A DNA stretch of 21,899 bases. Origin: Octopus sinensis. Its lineage: Eukaryota. The notes below the pieces were generated by a model. That model was not told the DNA's origin. It did no database searches and saw nothing but the letters and a program-made list of their open reading frames with translations. The translations under genes were made by a program, and so were the position numbers. The DNA lies in NCBI RefSeq assembly GCF_006345805.1, contig NW_021823663.1, positions 1 through 21,899 of the forward strand, read 5' to 3'. Of this stretch, positions 10,945-18,794 are shown in pieces; the first letter of the stretch is position 1; each line of letters opens with the position of its first letter.

Positions 10945-12125
10945 TTAAATCAGTTCCATTACCTTTGTCAGGTCGTTGTAATTCTGCATCTCTCGTGGGT
11001 ATCTTACCAGTCGGCACTTCGCATGCCTTACTACGTTCACACCGGTGGCCTCGATAAACGCTTCGGCGCTGTCTTCATGGACCAGTGCACCCGTTTCCCT
11101 CCACTCCGTGCCCATCCTGACCCGTGAATATCCCTCTGTTTCACTTATTATTTCCTCCATCTCCCCCACAGTGTCTGTATTGAACCAATGTTCCATAAAA
11201 TTTATACCTTCTATTTGGACCTATGTTCTCTTTAGTTTCCTCTTCGGACTGACTTCTTCTTTACCTTCCTCTCTCGCTTTTTCTCTTTCTCTCTTTTTTC
11301 TTTCCCTTTCTTTTTCCTTCTCTTGTCTTTTTGGCTCTTTGTCTGTCGTATTTTTTTTCCTGTTTTTTCTTTTTGTGTAACATTCTTTCCTTTCTCTTGA
11401 TTCTGTTCCTTCTCTTGTTTTTTTCCTCTTTTACTTTCTTTTTCTTTCTCTTGATTTTGTTTTGGTTCTTTCTCTATTACTTCTCTACCCTGTGACTTTT
11501 GTTCTTTTTCTATTAATTTATTCCGTTGTTTTCATTTTCCTTCCGTGTATTGTTATTTCCTTTTACCGTTGTTTACTTTTCCTTGCTTTCTTTCTCCTTT
11601 AGTGTATTGTTCCTGTCTTCGGGTTCTTTGTCATTCCTCTGCTCTTTCACACTCCGCCATGAATTCGTATAGCGGACATTCTTTTTTTATGTGTCCTCTT
11701 GTCCCGCACAAGTAGCAATTAGGCTTCCTCCCCTCCACGATTACGCTGAGGGCTTTTCCATCTTCTACTTCTGTTTGGAAGGGAATCCGTTCTATATCTC
11801 TGTTTGTGGCCGTCAACCCCGAATCCCTTCCATTTCACGATGTTGGTCTCCTTTATCGAGCCAATTTCTATCTCTTTCCTCAGCTGACCCTAGGATGGCT
11901 GTTGCCAGCCATTCTGTCTTCAATTCTGGGTGTATATTTGGGATTTTGACCCGTACCCCTCTTCTCCTTTTGTAAGTAGGCCACATGATGAAGTTTTCGG
12001 CTCTAAGTACGGTGGTAGCTAGCGAGGCCGCACAATCTTTTGTTGCGCACCTAACCTCCACCGTATCATATTTCTTGCCTCTGCACACAAAAGTTGCCTT
12101 CTTCATCACCTTTCAAAAAAGCCAT
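10945..12125 (-). pseudogene. Non-LTR retrotransposon ORF1p/gag-like gene (L1/Tx1-like; RRM-like N-terminus, single CCHC zinc knuckle, K/E-rich tract, C-terminal globular segment), disrupted
   Basis: CX2CX4HX4C knuckle CYLCGTRGHIKKEC at 11717-11676, preceded by SVIVEGRKPN, similar to the YEGQPKTC context of Tx1 ORF1/ZCCHC3. The fragments join through several frameshifts and two in-frame stops (TAA 11573-11575, TAG 11221-11223) into about 390 codons, from ATG 12125 to TAA 10945. Confidence 0.75.
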
Positions 12126-12569
12126 ATTCTGTAAAATAAAATATATAAAGTCTTAGCTTTCCAGCCGACATCCTAAATATCAAATCTGAGATCTTCACTA
12201 CTTGTCTGCAACCAAGGGCAAAATAAGAACAGTGTATACTTCAAGCACTACGTTAGTCATTGTAAAAGTTTACTTGTTAGAAAAGCAATTACTTTAAAGA
12301 TATTTTGAAAATTTGTAGCGTGTTCTAAAAATATTTACCACAGAAAATATAAATATAAAAGTAAATTGTATTTTAGTATTTTCTTATGTTCTGTGTATTT
12401 ACAATTCTCAGTAAATTAACATTTATAGACAAACTGAGGAGTTTCCGCATCTTGGCATCTTTTAAACAACGGTTTACACAAAATATCAGGAAATGATGAG
12501 ATAATATCTCTTTTAGGTATTAATAATCCCAGGGAAGCTTGGCCGTAGCCGCTTGTGTGTACATACATA

Positions 12570-13458
12570 CGAGGGGCTGCCCAAAAGAAACCGTAATTTC
12601 GAAAGATTATATTATTCACTTAGTTTTACATATTTACACTTTTATTGTGTTCAAATTATTCTCCATTTTAATCAATGCATCGTTCCAGCCGCCTTTTCAG
12701 CTACTGGAATCAGTGTTGGACCTATTCCGAAGTGATGCTTTTTTACGCCCCCATCGTTTTCTTTCTTCACTTCAACATCTTCAAATTCCGTAGCACCAGC
12801 TTTCGCCACAAGTGATGACCTTCGAAAAAACATTCAGATTACCTCATAGCCGTTCTTCTTGCTCACGACACGCATTCAGCCATGACTGTTTTTGACATTC
12901 CGTGAGCAAACGAGGCATGGATTTTGCTGGAACGCTTTTCATTCACAATTCCTCACACAAAATTCATTGGCAGGAGCTCCAGGACAAAACCGACATGTCA
13001 ACAAGTTCATCAATTGTCGGCGACGGTCCTCCACGATCAGATCAAGAATTTTCATGATGTTTGGGAGGTCGACGGTTGTCATGAATAAGGTTGGTTTTCA
13101 AGCGACAAGTGACCATTGCTAAATCGTGAAAACCATTCATAAACTTGTGCTTTGCCCATTGCATCATCCTTGTGATGGGATGCATGAGAATTGTTTCATC
13201 TGCAGTTTTCAGCAGCAGTAAACAGAATTTCACAGAAGCACAATGTTCATTCGTTCCAGCCATTGCAAGAAACATACGAACTGAGCAGAATCACGTCAAA
13301 ACAAAGACGAACTACCCGGCAGTACAACACTACGGATAACACCGGTTGGCTGACTGATGCCTGACAGTCGCATCAAGTGGAGTTTAGCGACGGAAACCTG
13401 AACTACAACGGGTTTGTCTTCCAGAGAACATTTACGGTTACTTTAGTATATCCCCTCG
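12570..13458 (-). mobile_element. Mariner DNA transposon, internally deleted (889 bp)
   Basis: 27-bp TIRs at 12570-12596 (CGAGGGGCTGCCCAAAAGAAACCGTAA) and 13432-13458 (revcomp CGAGGGGATATACTAAAGTAACCGTAA), 21/27 identical. TA duplications at 12568-12569 and 13459-13460. Transposase remnants lie between them. Confidence 0.95.
12625..13263 (-). pseudogene. Mariner transposase remnant lacking most of the DD34D catalytic domain
   Basis: Mariner-type motifs across frames: NEHCASVKFCLLLLKTADET, DDAMGKAQVYEWFSRF, EDRR-TIDEL, AKSMPRLLT, VITCGESWCYG (from ITGDESW), then directly FEDVE...SITSE...KRRLERCID*NGE*FE. Many stops and frameshifts. Confidence 0.93.
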
Positions 13459-13740
13459 TATATACATATGCGTATACATACATATATACACCCCCCCACG
13501 TAATGGTATAGAGATTTGAAATCCGAGCAGATACTTTTTAGCATCCTGAGGAAATCTTGGGCTGATTAAACAATGAATGTAATATGAAGAAAATTCTTCA
13601 ACAAATAAATTATGAAGATGTAATCTTCGACGTTCTTCATGTTCAACTATTGAGTTAACACACACACGCATACAGAAACACACATACATACACACATGCT
13701 TACATACACACGTGCGTGCACAAATACACGCATGCTTGCT
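13459..13740. repeat. (TA)/(CA)-rich microsatellite patches
   Basis: tatatacatatgcgtatacatac at 13459-13490 and acacacacgcatacagaaacacacatacatacacac at 13657-13730. Confidence 0.8.
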
Positions 13741-13945
13741 TGCTTCATGATCACCCCAGGGTAGTGGTCCCCGAAACGTTCTTCGTTCCCATCATTATTA
13801 CCGAGACTATTCTCTGCAACACGATTCTTTCTCTCAGCCTTCAATATTGTCAGGTTCATCATCAACTTTATTCATTACCATAGACAACCGCAGTTAGTTG
13901 CACCCATTTGAACATCATCATCATCATCATTATCAATTTCAACAG

Positions 13946-15749
13946 AACCGTAATCAACTCTTCATGATTTCCATAGTCTAATTCTTTAGTCGAAATATCT
14001 CTTATTATAAAAGGCAGATTTTATCTGCCTCCCTTTGTCTCTTATAGAAATCTACAATATAGGATTTCTTCAATTACAATTTGCGTAGCATTTTTAAGAG
14101 TAGAATGCATCGGGTCGTGCCTGATCCGGTTTTGAAAATTTCAACCCCAATTAAGCAAAATTTAGAGAAAACTCACATTGTGGTGTGTAAGTGAAGTGCT
14201 TTTCTTAGTGTGGGCTACAGCACACACACACGCACACACACAAAAACGGAGCGATCTGCTTCACTCACGCTATCACCCCAATTACTCCCACTTTATCTTT
14301 GCAAGATAACCTTAAACCACTACTAAAAAAAAACACAGCAAACAGAAACGAAGAAATACATAACGATTTACTCCTCACACAATTTCTTCAATTAGAGTTT
14401 ACCTATGATTTTTCAAAGTACTTCCATTTGGTCATGCCATACAAAATTTCTTTCAATTTCACCCCCAATTAAGACAAAATTCGAGCAAACTCAATACTTT
14501 AACATTTCACTCCGAAAGCATTGATGTACATGTGTGCGTGCGTGAGTGTGTGTGTGTGTTTGATGGGCTGTGCGACACAGAAAGTGTGGTGTGTAAGTGA
14601 AGTGCTTTTGTTAGTGTGTGTAAAGAGACAGAGAGAGTACACATACCTACGTACACCTAAATCACGCACACACACACACACACAAGCGGTGCGCGAACTT
14701 CAAAAGAAATTCGCGCGCTATCTATCTGGTTTGCCATTCCTCACACACACGCATACACATACATATATGACAGTGACAAACACAAACGTTTCAAACAACT
14801 ACATACAAACACGTGTGTGTTTGTTCTTAGTAAAAAAGGCGCCAAACACAACTCACTTCTCATTCGAACACATTTGCAAAAACACGCCGACGGTCGAATT
14901 GCCATAACAATACAGAAAAGGTAAATTGATTTTTAATTTACTTTCTGTCGTTAAATTTTGGTAGTATTAATTGGAAAGCCGAGCTTCTTTCAGTATATAT
15001 TTATACATACATAAATATATACACATATTCTGTATGTATTTTATTATATAATATTATATATAGATATATGTATATATAATTGCAGTATGAAACACTGTTT
15101 ATGTATAAATAGACGACACTTATATATAGTTATTAATATATGTATTCATCCGTTTAAAAGAAAAACCAAAAAATATTTTATTCTTTATAAATGTTGTGTT
15201 CAAAATAACATTTTCTTTTAAGAATGTGTATATAACAAAGTATGTGTATATAACTACGTGGTTTATATCTTTATATATAAAAGTGAAGTTGTGTGGCTGT
15301 CTCCTACGATTTAGATTCGTAACTACTCCCACATTTTGCGGTGCAGTTTAACCAAAAGCGGGTATCTTATAGTCGTGATCCATATCGAGCCCTTCTGGGT
15401 ATTAGCGCGCATCTACGATGAGTCTACGATTTAAAAAAGATTTACCATCATATTTTTCCATTTTAATGCATTTTTCGATATTATATAAGGGAAGTAACTC
15501 TCTAAAAATATCTACGATGTGTCAACTATTAAAAAAAAATTTACCTTAATTTTTTTCCATTTTTGATGCATTTTTTTGCTATTTTTTGGCTATAACTCTC
15601 TAAAAATGCTTATATAGTTATTTCCCTTACAAACCCGAGCAACGCCGGGCGATACTGCTAGTGTTATATACTTCCAAAAACCGTAATCAACTCTTCATGA
15701 TTTCCATAGTCTAATTCTTTACTCGAAATATGTTATATACATCCAAAAA
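13946..15749 (+). repeat. Two-copy 69-bp tandem duplication whose first copy is split by the Helitron
   Basis: 13946-13997 matches 15679-15730 (aaccgtaatc...cgaaata) and 15662-15680 matches 15731-15749 (tgttatatac(t/a)tccaaaaa). Confidence 0.9.
13998..15661 (+). mobile_element. Non-autonomous Helitron (1664 bp)
   Basis: 5' A|TC (tctcttattataaaagg), 3' GC-rich imperfect hairpin cccgagcaacgccggg at 15634-15649, 8 nt before CTAG|T (15658-15662). Inserted between A and T with no TSD. No Rep/helicase ORF; contains CA/TA microsatellites and internal duplications. Confidence 0.85.
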
Positions 15750-15792
15750 CATGTTCCATAAAGTTTCATCTCAACTCAATTTTATGTTCCAG

Positions 15793-15864
15793 GGCTTTGT
15801 GTTATAATAAACTGAATCAAATAAAACCTGAAACCTTCAGAAACCTGACCAGTTTGGAATGGCT
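15793..15864 (+). CDS. Internal coding exon of a leucine-rich-repeat protein, one 24-aa LRR (xALCYNKLNQIKPETFRNLTSLEWL); possibly an LGR-family GPCR (RXFP/GRL101-like)
   Basis: Acceptor ttttatgttccAG, exactly 72 nt, donor CT|GTAAGT, phase 2 at both ends. The peptide fits the typical LRR consensus LxxNxLxxIxxxxFxxLxxLxxL. Confidence 0.87.
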
Positions 15865-16217
15865 GTAAGTCAAATCAGTTTTTATTTATAGTATATCATT
15901 GCCGATATATTTCCATATTTGTAATATCGTCCCTTACTTGATTATATGATCCTCCACCTTTCTGTAATTGTGTGTTAAAGAGTGGGAAGCCCCATGTATA
16001 AGATATGGCATATAGGAAAGGGTGAGAATTGAGAGGAAACTTTTCAGCAAATGCATGTATTTGCGTCTGTGTCCGAAGAAGTGCATTCATATATGAGTGT
16101 AATACGATATGCACATTATGTACGGTGATTACCTCCAGATCGATAGATCGATGCTAATTCACATCATTGAATATCACATGTAATTGTATATTTAGAAGAA
16201 GATTATTCATACACTAA

Positions 16218-16259
16218 TTCTTCTTCTTCTTCTTCTTCTTCTTCCTCCTTCTTCTTCTT

Positions 16260-16290
<31 letters not shown>

Positions 16291-16335
16291 TAATTATTAT
16301 TATTATCATCATTATTATTGTTATTATTATTATTA

Positions 16336-16367
<32 letters not shown>

Positions 16368-16424
16368 TTCTTCTTCTTCTTCTTCTTTTTCTCATTCTTC
16401 TTCTTCTTCTCATTATTATTGTTA

Positions 16425-16462
<38 letters not shown>

Positions 16463-16479
16463 TTCTTCTTCTTTTCTTC

Positions 16480-16511
<32 letters not shown>

Positions 16512-16715
16512 CTCCTACGTCTTTTTCTGTTTCTTTTTCTTCTTCTTCTTCTTTTTCTTTTCCTGCTTCTTCGTCATCTTCTTCTTCCTCTTCTTCTTCT
16601 AGATTTTCCTTTTGCACTATCTGCACACTAATATCTTTTCCACTCTTATTCATTTTCCTTTTTTTATCTTCTACTTTGCATCTGTCATCGTCTTCTTCTT
16701 CTTTTCATCATTTTC
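16218..16715. repeat. Compound trinucleotide microsatellite: (TTC)n-(TTA)n-(TTC)n-(TTA)n-degenerate (TTC)n
   Basis: Directly visible. Near-pure TTC at 16218-16289, TTA at about 16290-16367 and 16393-16460. Confidence 0.97.
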
Positions 16716-16963
16716 GTTTTCTTCGTGAAACTTATTTTTATTAAAGACATCATCGGTAAAATTTAGGGTCATATCATAAACCCGATACCTTATTAAAAAT
16801 AAAAACACATTAGTTATAATTCTACAAAATTTTTTAAGCTTATGATTTAGCTGATCTCGCTGTTACAGTTCAACTGAAAAGTACCCGAGATTGTACAGAG
16901 TGGGTTCGACTCTTCCTGAGTATTATTTCAGATTAAAGGTTTTGTATTATATTGCATTAATCG

Positions 16964-17110
16964 GTCTGACTTCAAATTCCGCCGAAGTCGACATTGCCTT
17001 TCATCCTTTCGGGGTCGATAAATTGCGAAACATTTGCGTACTAGGGTCGATCTAATCGACTCTCCTTCCTCCAAAATGTCTGGTCTTGTGCCTACAGTAG
17101 AAAAAGTTAT
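16964..17110 (+). mobile_element. 5'-truncated tRNA-type SINE, octopus-like
   Basis: B-box-like cttcaaattcc (16970-16980), then gccgaagtcgacattgcctttcatcctttcggggtcgataaa ... gtcgatctaatcgac (hairpin 17046-17060) ... ggtcttgtgcctacagtagaaaa, which I recognise from memory as a common octopus SINE body. No A-box is visible. Confidence 0.6.
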
Positions 17111-17150
17111 ATGGCATTAAATATCTCAAGTTTCCAGTTTAAATAACATA

Positions 17151-17878
17151 TTTCTGTTGCAGAAAATTCTTTACGAATTAAACCTGTTGTTCCTTAGCTC
17201 TCTCTCTCTCTTTCTTCCCCCCTCTCTATTTCCTCATGCTGCCACCTGATAATCCCCCCCCCCAGTCCCTAACTCTTTATAAAGCAGTGTTCGGTTTATC
17301 TCGTCCCTCTTCTCGATTCTACATCTTGCTCACAAAACACTGACTCGAAAAATGACCAGCTAAGCGAATTTAACTTACAACCTGTCATTCATATTCATTT
17401 TTTAAGCGTTGATTCGTAACTCTAAATCCCGTTTCTCTATTATTTATTTCGCCATCTTGTATGCATGGCTTCCTGTCTGTCATGCATTTTAAATTCCTCC
17501 TTTAATTTCAGTGTCATCCCGTTATTATTCCATTCCCAGAATTCACTACAATATTCTCTCTCTCATAATATTTATATTATGTTTTACTCGAACCCCGAAG
17601 TTTCTAGATGTTCAGTAATTTCTGTCGCAGAAAATTCCCTACGTATTAACTTAAAACCTGTTGTTCCTTCGTCGTTATTCCTTTCCCCAAAGATACCCTA
17701 AATTCCCTACGAAATATTTTCTCTCTCTCTTATTTATATTACGTTCTTCTCGAACCCCGAAGTTCCTAGATGTTCAGTAATTTCTGTTGCAGAAAATTCC
17801 CTACGTATTAACTTAAAACCTGTTGTTCCTTCGTTGTTATTCCTTTCCCCAAAGATTCCCTAAATTCCCTACAAAATA

Positions 17879-17915
<37 letters not shown>

Positions 17916-18643
17916 ATATTACGTTCTTCTCGAACCCCGAAGTTCCTAGATGTTCAGTAATTTCTGTTGCAGAAAATTCCCTACGTATTAACTTAAAATC
18001 TGTTGTTCCTTCGTTGTTATTCCTTTCCCCAAAGATTCCCTAAATTCCCTACAAAATATTTTCTCTCTCTCTCTTATTTATATTACATTCTTCTCGAACC
18101 CCGAAGTTTCTAGATGTTCAGTAATTTCTGTTGCAGAAAATTCCTTACGAATTAAACCTGTTGTTCCTTAGCTCTCTCTCTCTCTTTCTTCCCCCTTTCT
18201 CTTTCCTCATGCTGCTACCTGATAATCCCCCCCCCCAATCCCTAACTCTTTATAAAGCAGTGTTCGATTTATCTCGTCCCTCTTCTCGATTCTACATCCT
18301 GCTGACAAAACACTGACTCGAAAAATGACCAGCTAAGCGAATTTAACTTACAACCTGTCATTCATATTCATTTTTTAAGCGTTGATTCGTAACTCTAAAT
18401 CCCGTTTCTCTATTATTTATTTCGCCATCTTGTATGCATGGCTTCCTGTCTGTCATGCATTTTAAATTCCTCCTTTAATTTCAGTGTCATCCCGTTATTA
18501 TTCCATTCCCAGAATTCACTACAATATTCTCTCTCTCTCTCTATTTATATTATTTTTACTCGAACCCCGAAGTTTCTAGATGTTCAGTAATTTCTGTCGC
18601 AGAAAATTCCCTACGTATTAACTTAAAACCTGTTGTTCCTTCG
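17151..18643. repeat. Composite tandem repeat A(468)-B(162)-B(180)-B(164)-A(466)-partial B, cut by the RTE
   Basis: Unit starts (tttctgt(t/c)gcagaaaatt) at 17151, 17619, 17781, 17961, 18125 and 18591. A and B share both ends, and B length varies through a (CT)n tract. Confidence 0.95.
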
Positions 18644-18649
18644 AGGTGA

Positions 18650-18684
18650 CCCCGCCCTCCCACCCATCCACCAGAACCGGAAGT
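18650..18684 (+). promoter_or_regulatory. Candidate internal Pol II promoter motifs of the RTE (GC box + ETS site)
   Basis: CCCCGCCC at 18650-18657 and ACCGGAAGT at 18676-18684, within the first 41 nt of the element. Motif match only. Confidence 0.3.
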
Positions 18685-18794
18685 TTCTGTTTTCTATCTT
18701 TCTTGACCCCCCCCCGCACCCCTATGTAGGGTTTATTGTGATCGTATAGCGCAAAAACTGTGAAATTATGCAGGTTGTAGTCTAGAGTCTCAGT

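Noticed and set aside
11045-11975. + strand ORFs 11045-11380 and 11691-11975
   Set aside because: Antisense shadows of the purine-rich ORF1 remnant; the F/S/L-rich composition reflects the T/C bias.
12145-12225. LRR-like peptide SFPADILNIKSEIF as a second exon
   Set aside because: It lacks the conserved Asn, has no 72-nt phase-2 splice frame, and runs into a stop.
13438-13865. - strand ORFs 13438-13695 and 13647-13865 as host exons or TE fragments
   Set aside because: Partly CA-microsatellite translations, with no recognisable motif and no convincing splice pair.
14499-15332. ORFs inside the Helitron as captured genes
   Set aside because: Dominated by (GT)/(CA)/(TA) repeat translations; no recognisable domain.
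13946-15730. 52-bp direct repeats as a TSD or mini-LTRs around 13998-15661
   Set aside because: Explained by a pre-existing 69-bp tandem duplication split by the Helitron; the right copy is 17 nt from the element end.
16318-16653. Poly-L/S/Y/F and poly-E/K/I/R ORFs
   Set aside because: Translations of TTC/TTA microsatellites.
17588-17594. GGTTCGA (- strand) in each A/B unit as a Pol III B-box or tRNA
   Set aside because: The downstream NNCC is missing, and there is no A-box or cloverleaf.
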